DNA from: Gammaproteobacteria bacterium
Lineage (GTDB): Bacteria > Pseudomonadota > Gammaproteobacteria > Eutrophobiales > Eutrophobiaceae
DNA length: 64,000 nt
Reading direction: 5' to 3'
Assembly: GCA_965243205.1 (NCBI GenBank)
Contig: CBDEUK010000002.1
Span: forward strand, 352,001-416,000
The translations under genes were made by a program, and so were the position numbers. Below, one piece after another: positions 45,885-56,478 of this stretch (its first letter is position 1; each line of letters begins with the position of its first letter). The notes under the pieces were generated by a model. The model was given only the letters and a program-made list of their open reading frames with translations, was not told where the DNA came from and ran no database searches.

Positions 45885-46825
45885 ATAGCGTTTATCAAAT
45901 TGCCAACGTGTTTATGAACTAATTTTTTTAAATTGGCAGAGAATTGTTTAAAGAAATGATTTGATGGTGAACCTTTACGCCAAGCTACCCCATGAATTCT
46001 TTCCATTGACTCACCTTCGATTGTAACAACACGTAACAAACTATCACTGTCTATCTCTGAAGCTATATAGAGTGAGGGTAAAAAAGAGACCCCCATACCC
46101 AATAAAACCATTTGGCGTATACCATCAAGGCTTGTGCCGCCATATTCACGTTTTAAATTCATATCAAGTTTTTCACTTAATAATTTCACTTGTCGATAAT
46201 AATGATGTTGTTCTTCATAGATTAATACATCTGCTCCTTTTAAGGATTGTTTATCAATCGCATTATTATCATTATCTAAATTAGGATGGTCATAACGAGT
46301 AATTAATGACATAGGCTCACGAAATAACGGTACAACATTCAGTTTTTTTTCATTAATTGGTAAAGGACATAAAACTAAATCGTAATGCCCATTAATCAAG
46401 CCATCTTCAAGAATTTTTGGAGTTGCTTCTCGAATATGCAGTTGTAGCTTTGAATATCTAAGATGTATATCGGGTAATATATGTGGTAACAAATATGGTC
46501 CTAATGTAGCTGGTATACCTAATCGAAAACTACCAGAGGTTCCAAGTTCTTCATGGTTTGCTAAATCATGTAATTGATTAACCTGTTCAATGATGTTTTT
46601 TGTTGGCGCTAACATTCGATTGCCTATAGAACTTAAAATTGAACCTGAGCGCCCTCTTTCAAATAAAGTTAATCCTAAACTATTTTCCAACGAAGCTATT
46701 TGAGAAGTTAAAGTAGGTTGAGTAATATTTAATTTCTCTGCAGCTTTTCTAAAGCTACCAGTTTCCGCAATCGCGAGAAAATATTCTAATTGTTTTAATG
46801 TTGGCTTGGTGCGTTCTTCTCTCAA
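45881..46825 (-). CDS. LysR family regulator (OxyR-like)
   Basis: FRKAAE.L.ITQPTLTSQI..LE..LG..LFER; TLGPYLLP; TSLD.IRQMV..G.G. Confidence 0.9.
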   Translation of the reverse strand: MREERTKPTLKQLEYFLAIAETGSFRKAAEKLNITQPTLTSQIASLENSLGLTLFERGRSGSILSSIGNRMLAPTKNIIEQVNQLHDLANHEELGTSGSFRLGIPATLGPYLLPHILPDIHLRYSKLQLHIREATPKILEDGLINGHYDLVLCPLPINEKKLNVVPLFREPMSLITRYDHPNLDNDNNAIDKQSLKGADVLIYEEQHHYYRQVKLLSEKLDMNLKREYGGTSLDGIRQMVLLGMGVSFLPSLYIASEIDSDSLLRVVTIEGESMERIHGVAWRKGSPSNHFFKQFSANLKKLVHKHVGNLINAI

Positions 46826-46842
46826 AACAAAACCTTTATTTC

Positions 46843-47481
46843 TTAATGTTTGATCTCATTTTTGATAGTGGCAAATACCTCTTGAAACATTTTTTCTGTA
46901 AGTCTACGAGTTTGAGTGTTATAACGACTGCAATGATAAGAGTCAATTAAGGTAGTTTCATCTAAGATATTATGTTTTGCATGATGTGAAAATTTATAAG
47001 ATGACAATTTTAAATCTAACGATTTTAACACTGCATCATGAGCGATCTTACCTAGAGCTAAAATAACTTTAGGTTTTATTTTATGTATTTCATTACGTAA
47101 ATATTGATTGCAGATTTTAATTTCATCGCTAGTCGGTTTGTTTTCAGGAGGCAAGCATTTAACAGCATTGGTAATTCGGCAATTGATAAGCTTTAAACCA
47201 TCTTTTATATGACAAGATTCTGCTTGATTGGAAAAACCAAATTTATGCAATGTTTCATAAAGAAGTATTCCTGCATAATCACCCGTGAAAGGTCTTCCTG
47301 TCGCATTTGCTCCATGCATACCTGGAGCTAAACCTACAATCAGCAACTCTGAATTTAAGTTGCCAAAAGGAGCAACTGGTTTAGCGTGATAATCAGGATG
47401 TTTGGTTTTCACTTCCGTTAAAAACGTTGATAAACGCTCACATTGAGTGCATTCCAAATCAAATACAGCATTATTTTTCAT
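46843..47481 (-). CDS. Uracil-DNA glycosylase (family 5, Fe-S)
   Basis: CTQCERL, VGLAPG.HGAN.TGRPFTGD, AVKCLPP.NKP, SYHCSRYNT. Confidence 0.9.
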   Translation of the reverse strand: MKNNAVFDLECTQCERLSTFLTEVKTKHPDYHAKPVAPFGNLNSELLIVGLAPGMHGANATGRPFTGDYAGILLYETLHKFGFSNQAESCHIKDGLKLINCRITNAVKCLPPENKPTSDEIKICNQYLRNEIHKIKPKVILALGKIAHDAVLKSLDLKLSSYKFSHHAKHNILDETTLIDSYHCSRYNTQTRRLTEKMFQEVFATIKNEIKH

Positions 47482-47495
47482 AAGAATATTTTACT

Positions 47496-48590
47496 TTACC
47501 AAATTAAATTTGTCGGCACTTCAGTAGCATTTTTTTGATGTCTATAATCAGAACTTGCTTTATAGACGGCTTTGCGAATTCGATTGAGCTCACCTATTGG
47601 TCGGTGTTCTGGTAAGGCATTCCATGGTGAAAATGAAAGGTTTTCACAAAAACGTTGTTGCTCAGGCGTATCAAATATTTGTTTTGGAATAATAATTTTA
47701 GCAACCGATATAAAAGGCGAATCGTTTTCATCCCATAATACACTGGGGTCTTCTATCGGCATTCTCTTATTTGGGTCTTGTTTTTGTATCATAAAATTAA
47801 AGCAAGCATCAGAATTTTCTAATTTTTCTGACATTTCATTACGTAAAAAATGTTTGTCCATTTGGTCTGCTTTGATTCTGTTTAATGAGCCGTTACAAGA
47901 TTTTGCTGTAAATTTAATATTATGAGGACCAAGTTTATAAGCAGTGTTACTAAAATACTGATTATCTAAAAGACTTTCTGGAGGATGTTTCAAAGTAGCA
48001 AGCCCATGTTTTAACCCTCGTAGCTTCCAATTGAATGGATTAGGATCAGAAATAAAATATAAAACTTTATTCGAGCTTTCAGTAAATTGATTATAGTCTT
48101 CCATGTTAGCTGTAAAAAATACGGGGCTATCATGCATTAAAAAATCTTGATATTCGGGTGCATTAGCTTTTTGCATAATTCCTTGCTCAAAGATATTGAC
48201 TAATTTTACCGCCATGCCTCGTGCATCTTTATTGTAATCATAATTTCCTTTTACTCTAGAAGCACCATTAGAAAACCGTATCCAGCTTTTATATTCGTTA
48301 TCAGGATATTTTAAAATACCATGTCGTAAATCTTTTGCTATATCTTCATTCACTTTGAAATAAGCTTTAACACAGGCATGCCCTTTTGAATGTGCACCAC
48401 GTGCTATGTAATCGCCTTTATTGTTTTCAACAATGTTCAAAAAATTATCAACCGAACGTTGTATCTGTTCAGTTTCATCATCTCGGAATATTTCTTCAGT
48501 TGTTACCTGAATAGGTTTGTTAAAATGATAGGCTATAAATAATCCTATTAAAAAACAAAATAAAACAGAAAGTTTTAGAAAAGACTTCAT
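47496..48590 (-). CDS. Catalase-related heme protein with N-terminal anchor
   Basis: RGAHSKGHAC, IRFSNG, DARGMAVK, QDFLM, SFSPWN..PEHRPIG.LNR.RK.VY. Confidence 0.85.
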   Translation of the reverse strand: MKSFLKLSVLFCFLIGLFIAYHFNKPIQVTTEEIFRDDETEQIQRSVDNFLNIVENNKGDYIARGAHSKGHACVKAYFKVNEDIAKDLRHGILKYPDNEYKSWIRFSNGASRVKGNYDYNKDARGMAVKLVNIFEQGIMQKANAPEYQDFLMHDSPVFFTANMEDYNQFTESSNKVLYFISDPNPFNWKLRGLKHGLATLKHPPESLLDNQYFSNTAYKLGPHNIKFTAKSCNGSLNRIKADQMDKHFLRNEMSEKLENSDACFNFMIQKQDPNKRMPIEDPSVLWDENDSPFISVAKIIIPKQIFDTPEQQRFCENLSFSPWNALPEHRPIGELNRIRKAVYKASSDYRHQKNATEVPTNLIW

Positions 48591-48592
48591 AC

Positions 48593-50287
48593 TTATAATG
48601 TTTTCATATATTCAATAACTGACCAGATTTCATTATCTGATAGTTTAGGAAGCCCATCTTTCCCTGTACCGTATTCATGACCTGAATTGCTATTTCCTTT
48701 TAAGTTTGTGTCGAAGAAAAATGATCCTTCACGTTTTTCTGAAACATAACCGACGTTAGTAGGATCAAATTCCCATGCGCCTATATAAAACGTTTTTGAT
48801 CGTGCTTCTGCAGGCAACATTAATTCATATAAATTTGGCACAGAACCATTATGTAAATAAGGCGCGGCAGTCCAAATTCCATTTAAAGGTCTGGCTTTAT
48901 AGGCTAACAATGCTTTTTCAGAACTTTCTTGGCCTCTTTCAATGATTTTACCATCCACATATTTAGGTTGACGAAAATCATCTGAATGGCCTAATTTTTT
49001 TGCATCACGTTTAGCTAATAAACTCTGTATGGGCTTATTGGTTAAAACACCTCCCATAATGTTATTCACTATGTAGATAGCAAAATCTTCTGTTTGTAAA
49101 GCTGGCCCAGCTTTGTAAAAACGAGGTTTGCCTGAAAAAATACCACTCTTGCCACGGAGTTTAATGGCGTTTTTAGCCATTAATGGATCGGTGCCAATGT
49201 AATCTAAAGTACTCATGCGTACTTTGATATATCGATCGGGATCATCTCGTTCCATATCCAAATGACAACTAGAGCAATAGGTTTTATAAAGTTCCCTGCC
49301 CTGCTTCGCTTTAGTCTGATCTATTTTAGGAAATATTTCTGGCCATAAAGGTGAATGAAGTTCAGCTACTTTCATTTCAATTTTTCTTAATGAATCAGCC
49401 TGTATAGAAGAGTTATAACCACCATCAAAGAAAAATAGAAATTTAGATGGCTTAGTTTCAACTTGACCAAATACTCCTATTACTTCTCCTATGTTTCTTG
49501 CTAATGCTCCAACACTTGAATTGGATTGTGAACCATTCCATTCTACATAATCATGTTGTGGTGTATCCCATATATAAGGATAACTGGTCGGAGCATCCGC
49601 CATGTTAAAATTATTTTTTTCTTCTGTTAATAACAATCCTTTGTTTAAGATGTTTCCGAAAGCATCTAATCTTGAATAACCATACATTTGATTAGAATGA
49701 TTACGTATATTATGTTGTTTGCGTTCTTCTAGTATTTCTGTGAACTGTTTTTTTAATGTTTCTTGTTTTGTTTTAGAAATATTTGTTCCTAAAATACGTT
49801 TTTCTAATCTAGAATACTTATCATCTGATTTGGCTGTTGCGTCTAAGGCGGATTCTAAATCCATAAGAAACATTGGCAGGTCCATCATTGCTTGCCCGCC
49901 GTCAATATGAATAAATTGATTTTTATATTTAATTTGTTGGGTATGGCAAGCAGCGCAAGTCAACCCTAAATAGTTATCAGCTTTAGTAAAACCAATCGGT
50001 AAATTATCAGGGTTATATTTTGATGGAAGAAAACCATATTTCATCATATTTAATGGATCATGAAATAAAGATTCAGATTCAGCTTGTTCAAGGTTTATAA
50101 AAATTTCATAAGGAATTAATCTTGATCCTTGATCCACTGTATAAAACCATTCTCGATCTGTTTCAGTCCAATTTTGTTCTAGATAAATAATCTTATTTAA
50201 ATCTAATGCAATTTTATCTTGTAATTCATTTGCATGGACAAACGATATTAAAAGTAACAAAATAATAAATGATAAAGTGATTTTCAT
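48593..50287 (-). CDS. Secreted diheme cytochrome c, RoxA/CcP-like
   Basis: CAACH and CSSCH; IGTDP; YKARPLNGIWTAAPYLHNGSVP; GNSNSGHEYG. Confidence 0.85.
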   Translation of the reverse strand: MKITLSFIILLLLISFVHANELQDKIALDLNKIIYLEQNWTETDREWFYTVDQGSRLIPYEIFINLEQAESESLFHDPLNMMKYGFLPSKYNPDNLPIGFTKADNYLGLTCAACHTQQIKYKNQFIHIDGGQAMMDLPMFLMDLESALDATAKSDDKYSRLEKRILGTNISKTKQETLKKQFTEILEERKQHNIRNHSNQMYGYSRLDAFGNILNKGLLLTEEKNNFNMADAPTSYPYIWDTPQHDYVEWNGSQSNSSVGALARNIGEVIGVFGQVETKPSKFLFFFDGGYNSSIQADSLRKIEMKVAELHSPLWPEIFPKIDQTKAKQGRELYKTYCSSCHLDMERDDPDRYIKVRMSTLDYIGTDPLMAKNAIKLRGKSGIFSGKPRFYKAGPALQTEDFAIYIVNNIMGGVLTNKPIQSLLAKRDAKKLGHSDDFRQPKYVDGKIIERGQESSEKALLAYKARPLNGIWTAAPYLHNGSVPNLYELMLPAEARSKTFYIGAWEFDPTNVGYVSEKREGSFFFDTNLKGNSNSGHEYGTGKDGLPKLSDNEIWSVIEYMKTL

Positions 50288-50294
50288 GTTTCTA

Positions 50295-51692
50295 TTAATC
50301 TCTTATTAATAATGCATTTAATAAGTTATCTTGAAAATTAATGTTCCCAGTTAAGCCGCCATGTTCTTCACATAATAAAATAGCGTGATCCAATGGAAAG
50401 AATGAATATTTATGTCTGGGCACACTCGGATCTAATACATTTCGTGCTAATAGAGAAGCTTTAGTTACTTGTCCATCGCCTGGTTCCATTAAAATAGCTT
50501 CGTAATCAATGCCATCTATAGGGTTTGTAATTTCTTCAGGATACATTCGTATTAATGATTTATCTTCAATATCCTCTACAACAATTCTCGAAGGTGTTAA
50601 ATGACAATCACCACCAAATACTACAAGTAAAGGATGTTCTTCAGGTAATGGAACTGTTAAAGACCAAACAAACCGTCTTGCGCGTTCAATTCTTTTTTCA
50701 AAAAATCTCTCTAATGTGTTTATGTATTTATCAGCTTCTTCTTCAACCTCAAACCGTTGTTTGATGCGTTGTCTTACTTCAGGATCAAATATTGACCATT
50801 TAAACGCGCGCCAAATTCTGACACTAAAAAGATCTCTGTCCAAAGGCTTGCCAGATGTAGTAACTATCCAATCATTTAGAGGGTGTGGAAGTAATTGATA
50901 CAGACTTGGCATCGTAGCCATAACTTCGGTTGGTATATCATTAACCCCCAATGTAATGCCATCGATTAAAGCATTCAGCATTCGAACAGAACCTAAGTTA
51001 GGTGTTCCTAATAAGATGACGCGGCGTACTCGCTCACCACCATACATATTTACCGGAAATTCATTGTCATCTAAAACATCGAGTTTGCCGTAACGCATAT
51101 AATAACGGGCAACCAGTCCTCCCATACTATGTGCCACGATATCAACTTTTAAATTAGGATCACCATAATCTAATTTTATTTGTTCTATAAAGTCAGCCAG
51201 TTTTTGAGCGGTTTTGACATTATCTTGTCGCCAGTCATATAAAAAAACGTAATAGTTTTTTCTTTTTGGATCTGCTTTATTGCCAATTGATGCCTCTTGA
51301 TAACCACCATAATCCTCTAAAGTTTTAATAATGTTGCCGTAAAAATCTTTACCAACTAACTCATCTGCCAATGCGTATTCTTCATAAGGGCTTTCTATGA
51401 CTTCTAAAGTCATTGGATCTATGTCCAGAGCCAATTGTTCATAATCCCCAAATAATAATTTACTAAGAGAACCGAACCACACTTCTTTTTTTGTTTCTTT
51501 ATCACGAAGACGACTACCTAGAACTCCATGTAAAAAAATAACTGGAGGTTGATCATCCACCATACTGCTTTGAGAAAATAATCGTTTTAGATCAGGTTTA
51601 GGTTCATTTGAGCATGAAATTAAAACGATACAAATGATGAAAAGGCTAACGATAGTAAAAAAAATATGTGAATTTTTGCGGTTTATAATCAT
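50295..51692 (-). CDS. Lipoprotein alpha/beta hydrolase, LCAT/phospholipase-like
   Basis: Lipobox-like LISC; HGVLGSRL, YDWRQD, AHSMGG, GTPNLGS, GDGQV. Confidence 0.85.
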   Translation of the reverse strand: MIINRKNSHIFFTIVSLFIICIVLISCSNEPKPDLKRLFSQSSMVDDQPPVIFLHGVLGSRLRDKETKKEVWFGSLSKLLFGDYEQLALDIDPMTLEVIESPYEEYALADELVGKDFYGNIIKTLEDYGGYQEASIGNKADPKRKNYYVFLYDWRQDNVKTAQKLADFIEQIKLDYGDPNLKVDIVAHSMGGLVARYYMRYGKLDVLDDNEFPVNMYGGERVRRVILLGTPNLGSVRMLNALIDGITLGVNDIPTEVMATMPSLYQLLPHPLNDWIVTTSGKPLDRDLFSVRIWRAFKWSIFDPEVRQRIKQRFEVEEEADKYINTLERFFEKRIERARRFVWSLTVPLPEEHPLLVVFGGDCHLTPSRIVVEDIEDKSLIRMYPEEITNPIDGIDYEAILMEPGDGQVTKASLLARNVLDPSVPRHKYSFFPLDHAILLCEEHGGLTGNINFQDNLLNALLIRD

Positions 51693-51725
51693 TTTTAGTC
51701 CCAGATTACATCTACATTCTCTATA

Positions 51726-52586
51726 TTGGACAAGATTAAGGAAAAAAAGCTATTCCGCTTTTATTTTGACTATAATCTTAATGTGAACAAAAGAAAATTA
51801 CGATTTAGATATATTTTTAACATTGTAGGATTATTAATCATAATAATGCCTACTACGTTGTCTGCTACGCCTTATCGATATCATCATGATCGATATTATT
51901 ATGGTTATAACCATTGCTGTAGCTACCATGGTCATTATGGACCAAGGGTAAGTGTTGGAGCCGGTTATCGTTCTCGCAATAATACGCTAGGTTATATTTT
52001 TTTAGGTTTATTAGGGCTTTATGTGATACATGAAATATTTGATGATGATGGATATGAACGTCATTCCTATCCTGAACGTGTTAATAATACCCCATCTCAA
52101 CGCGTTATTATTCAGCCGAAACAAGTTAACTACTATGGATCAGCCGATATTAATCAATACTATTTTGGACAAAATGAAGGATGGGAGGCGCTGGATAATC
52201 AGAATTATTTAAAGGCCATGCGGATCTTTGCTATTCAATCACAACAAAATCTAAGTTCTGGGGTTCCGAAGATAGGATTCGCTCTAGCAACAGCGGCTAA
52301 TGGAGAATTAGAACGTGGTATTTGGTCTATGCAACGAGCCTTAAAACAAGATCCTAATGCTTTAGAAAAAATCAGAGCTCATAATCATTCTAAGCAATTA
52401 TTAAATCAAATCCATTTTAGTTATGAACAGAGTGCTCAATTAGATAATCAGCAATCTCATTTCATGATGGCAGCTATTTCTTATATGAATAACGAATTTA
52501 TGATGGCTGCAGAAGAAATTTCATTAGGCGGTAATGACCTTAGTACAAATAAATTAGCGACTATTATAGATTCTAAAATTAATTGA
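51726..52586 (+). CDS. Hypothetical protein, His/Tyr-rich N-terminus, TM, TPR-like C-terminus (start uncertain)
   Basis: YHHDRYYYGYNH..., hydrophobic segment, helical repeats. Confidence 0.6.
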   Translation: MDKIKEKKLFRFYFDYNLNVNKRKLRFRYIFNIVGLLIIIMPTTLSATPYRYHHDRYYYGYNHCCSYHGHYGPRVSVGAGYRSRNNTLGYIFLGLLGLYVIHEIFDDDGYERHSYPERVNNTPSQRVIIQPKQVNYYGSADINQYYFGQNEGWEALDNQNYLKAMRIFAIQSQQNLSSGVPKIGFALATAANGELERGIWSMQRALKQDPNALEKIRAHNHSKQLLNQIHFSYEQSAQLDNQQSHFMMAAISYMNNEFMMAAEEISLGGNDLSTNKLATIIDSKIN

Positions 52587-52752
52587 TATAGCACGCCCAG
52601 TAAGATTATTTAGCATATCCTATAACATGCCTCTATGAGTTATTACTTATGGATAATGATTTTTCATATCTAATGAAATGTTCTACCAACTAGCTAATAT
52701 TGAGTTTTAGTGTTTTTTAATGGGACACTCACTTTTAATCTTTTAATAAAGA

Positions 52753-53166
52753 TTACTTTAACGAATATCTCATTATCTTTATCGATGCCATACCATAGCC
52801 AAATGTCGTGAGCGATATAGTTGTGAAAATAAACAAACCAATTAATGGTGATTGTGACTCTGGAAATATTGAACCTAATAAAAAAGCACTTGGATTACCA
52901 ATAGAGCCAAGTGCCATTGGCCAAATTACAATTTTTGGTAACGGTATTTTAGAGGCATAAATACCAAACAATAACATTGACATCATTAAAAAATCCAAAT
53001 GCGCAGAAAGAAGTTCGTCGGTATCTTTAAAAATATTAAGAAAAAATGGGATTTTGAAAGGGATTGTTGCCATAAGACACCAGGCTAGAATCAATCCTAT
53101 TATTAATGTAATACAGGCAACTCTTAATAAAATCACATTCCCTGCATGTTTTTCTTCTATATTCAT
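52753..53166 (-). CDS. Small 4-TM membrane protein
   Basis: Four hydrophobic helices; SAHLD and NP motifs. Confidence 0.7.
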   Translation of the reverse strand: MNIEEKHAGNVILLRVACITLIIGLILAWCLMATIPFKIPFFLNIFKDTDELLSAHLDFLMMSMLLFGIYASKIPLPKIVIWPMALGSIGNPSAFLLGSIFPESQSPLIGLFIFTTISLTTFGYGMASIKIMRYSLK

Positions 53167-53275
53167 CTTCTAACCTATTATAAAAAATTAGAAGACTATC
53201 GTATTGAGGATATTTAGATTTAGTACCAATTATTAAAAACTTATTGGTACCGTTTTGTAGTTAGACGAGAAAAAA

Positions 53276-53352
53276 TGGCGCGCCCGGCAGGACTCGAACC
53301 TGCAACCCTCGGGTTCGAAGCCCGATACTCTATCCAGTTGAGCTACAGGCGC
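53276..53352 (-). tRNA. tRNA-Arg(TCG)
   Basis: gcgcctgtagctcaactggatagagta-tcggg-ct-TCG-aa-cccga-gggttgcaggttcgagtcctgccgggcgcgcca. Confidence 0.93.
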
Positions 53353-53613
53353 TCAGTAATTTTATTTGTTCAAGTCAGTCCCAATAATACCTCGATTTCT
53401 TAGTAATTCAAAAAATAACTTTGAAGCTCTAGATATAAATCATTGTATTTTTTATAAATTATTGGATATATAAGTCAATTTATCTAAAGAGATACAATCT
53501 AGATGCCGTTAATCAGTAAAGTATTCTACAATAACCATAATCTATGGTTTGTAGATAAGATTATATGTACCCGATGTGTCATATTTTGAATAAATGGTTA
53601 TCAGCAGATCGCA

Positions 53614-56478
53614 ATGTTCAATTCAATTGATATAGAAATACAGGGTTTATTAAACACTCTTATTAAAGAAGCATCTTCTGCTATAGCGGTGCTTGATAAG
53701 AATATGTGTTATCTCGCATGTAGTGATCGTTGGATATCAGATTACAACATCGAAAAAGATTCCATCATTGGCCAATCTCATTACGATTTTTTCCCCGATA
53801 TAAAACCTGAATGGATTGAAGAGCATCAGTTAGCCATGCAAGGCCAGCGAATAGAAAAAGAAGAAGAACTTTTATTACGCGATGATGGCAGCAAAATATG
53901 GATGAAAAGAAAGTATATACCGTGGAGAGATAATGATGGTGAAGTTGCAGGAATTTTAATATGCAATGAGGTAACAACGGTACAAAACGAACTAATAAAT
54001 GCAACTCAAACATTAAAACAAACAAATAAAGAATTAGAAGATATAAAAAATTTACAAAATTTAATTCTAGAAAATTACCCGGATTATATTTTTGTAAAAG
54101 ATAAAGATTTTAAAATTATTATGGCTAATAGTAATTTTATTAGCTTATACCCACCTGATAAACAAGAAAAAATTATTGGATACACAACACTTGAGGAATA
54201 TCGTCCGGAAGAAGCTGAACTTTTTTTAGCAATGGATAAAAAAGCATTTGCTGAGGGTTATTCTGAAACACTTGAAACAGTAAATTTCCCAAACGGTGAT
54301 TTAAGAATTTTACATACAAAGAAAATTCTTTTTGAAGGTAATGAAGAGCAATATATTTTAGGGATTGCGAGAGATGTTACCGAACAAAAAAACTATGAAG
54401 ACAAACTTGAAAAAAGTGAAGAGCGCTTTCAATTATCAGTTGCTGGTTCAACAGATGGTCTGTGGGATTGGGATATTAAATCTAATAACTGTTGGTTTTC
54501 ACCTCGTTTCAAAGAAATGCTTGGATATTCTGATTCTGGCAATATTCAAAATGATGGAACGTTTAATTTTTTTCTAGATTTAGTACATTCTGATGATTTG
54601 CAAGATGTAAAAAACAGTATCGAAGATCATAAATTTAATGGTTCATCTTGTGTGGTTGAATGCCGACTTAAAAAAAATGATGGCCAATTTCATTGGTTTT
54701 TATTTCGTGGCCAAGCTTTATGGAATAAAGACAGTCAAGCAGTTCGCATGTCGGGATCTTTAAAAGACATCAATCAAAATAAACTGATTGAGAAAGCTTT
54801 ATATCTAGAAAAAGAGAAAGCAATAGTCACATTAACGTCTATTGGTGATGCAGTTATCACGACAGATATAAAAGGCATTGTAGAATTTATTAATCCTGTC
54901 GCTGAAAAACTGACAGGCTATCGCTTAGAAGCTGCAAAAGGTAAACCGTTGGATGAAGTTTTTCATATCAAAGATGAAATAAATGGCGACTACATTCCAA
55001 ACCCTGTTCAACGCTGTATTGAACAAGGTCGCATTATTGGCTTAGCAAATCATACTATTTTAATTAATCGTGATGGCAGTGAATACGCAATAGAAGATTC
55101 GGCTGCTCCTATACGCAATCAAGGTGTCATATTAGGTGTTGTGCTTGTTTTTAAAGATGTTACAGAAACAAGGCGTATGGCCAGAGAAATGAGCTATCAA
55201 GCTTCGCATGATCATTTAACAGGTTTAGTGAATAGACGCGAATTTGAAAGACGATTGAAACGAATTATTAATACGGCTCACGAAGAAGGCTCTAAACATG
55301 CAACCTGTTATCTCGATTTAGATCAATTCAAAGTAGTTAATGACACATGCGGACATACTGCAGGTGATGAACTACTCAAACAACTAGCGAACGTTTTGAA
55401 AAATTCTGTAAGGAAACGAGATACTATCGGGCGCTTAGGTGGCGATGAGTTTGGAATTATTATGGAGCACTGCGATATTGATCAAGCTTACAAAGTTTGT
55501 GAAAAAGTTCTACAGAATTTTAGAGAATATAGCTTTGTTTGGGATAATAAAACATTTTCTGTCGGCGCAAGTTTAGGACTAGTTCCAATCACTCTTGGCA
55601 GTGAAAGCATTACGGGTGTTCTGAGATCAGCGGATGCTGCATGTTATACCGCCAAAGATGATGGAAGAAATCGCATTCATGTTTATAGAGAAGATGATGA
55701 GCAATTATCAAAACGCCATGGTGAAATGCAATGGGTATCTAAAATAAATAAAGCTTTAGAGCATGATCATTTCATACTTTATTCTCAGAAAATTAAACCA
55801 TGTAACAAAGATAATCCTCATAATCTCATCGAAATTCTTATAAGGATAAAAGATGAGAATGATAAAATAATCCCTCCAGCCTTATTTCTTCCAGCAGCTG
55901 AACGTTATGGTCTATCTCAAAAAATCGATCGTTGGGTCATACGTAACTTTTTTATGTGGTATCAAGCAAACCTTTCAAAAATAAACCCGCAAGATAAATG
56001 GTGTATTAATTTATCAGGCTTATCATTAAGTGAGGATGATTTTTTAACTTATGTTGAACAGTATATCGATAACCATAAAGTGCCGGCTGAATGTTTATGT
56101 TTTGAGATAACTGAAACAGCAGCTATTGCAAATCTTGCTAGTGCTAGCCTTTTTGTAAATACTTTACATAAAAAAGGCTGTTCATTTTCATTAGATGACT
56201 TTGGTAGCGGTCTTTCATCTTTCGCCTATTTAAAGAATTTATCAGTCGATTATTTAAAAATTGATGGTGTGTTTGTAAAAGATATTAATCACGACCCAAT
56301 TGATTACGCCATGGTTAAATCAATTAATGAAATTGGCCATGTTATGGGTATAAAAACTATTGCGGAATTTGTTGAAGACGATTCAATTATCAAAAAATTA
56401 GAAACGATTAGTACTGATTACATACAAGGCTATGGCGTTCATAAACCTTGTCATATAGATGAGATACTCACAATTTAA
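53614..56478 (+). CDS. Multi-PAS GGDEF-EAL protein
   Basis: Four PAS-like domains, HDHLTGLVNR, RLGGDEF, EILIR, FEITE, LDDFGSG, KIDG. Confidence 0.93.
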   Translation: MFNSIDIEIQGLLNTLIKEASSAIAVLDKNMCYLACSDRWISDYNIEKDSIIGQSHYDFFPDIKPEWIEEHQLAMQGQRIEKEEELLLRDDGSKIWMKRKYIPWRDNDGEVAGILICNEVTTVQNELINATQTLKQTNKELEDIKNLQNLILENYPDYIFVKDKDFKIIMANSNFISLYPPDKQEKIIGYTTLEEYRPEEAELFLAMDKKAFAEGYSETLETVNFPNGDLRILHTKKILFEGNEEQYILGIARDVTEQKNYEDKLEKSEERFQLSVAGSTDGLWDWDIKSNNCWFSPRFKEMLGYSDSGNIQNDGTFNFFLDLVHSDDLQDVKNSIEDHKFNGSSCVVECRLKKNDGQFHWFLFRGQALWNKDSQAVRMSGSLKDINQNKLIEKALYLEKEKAIVTLTSIGDAVITTDIKGIVEFINPVAEKLTGYRLEAAKGKPLDEVFHIKDEINGDYIPNPVQRCIEQGRIIGLANHTILINRDGSEYAIEDSAAPIRNQGVILGVVLVFKDVTETRRMAREMSYQASHDHLTGLVNRREFERRLKRIINTAHEEGSKHATCYLDLDQFKVVNDTCGHTAGDELLKQLANVLKNSVRKRDTIGRLGGDEFGIIMEHCDIDQAYKVCEKVLQNFREYSFVWDNKTFSVGASLGLVPITLGSESITGVLRSADAACYTAKDDGRNRIHVYREDDEQLSKRHGEMQWVSKINKALEHDHFILYSQKIKPCNKDNPHNLIEILIRIKDENDKIIPPALFLPAAERYGLSQKIDRWVIRNFFMWYQANLSKINPQDKWCINLSGLSLSEDDFLTYVEQYIDNHKVPAECLCFEITETAAIANLASASLFVNTLHKKGCSFSLDDFGSGLSSFAYLKNLSVDYLKIDGVFVKDINHDPIDYAMVKSINEIGHVMGIKTIAEFVEDDSIIKKLETISTDYIQGYGVHKPCHIDEILTI

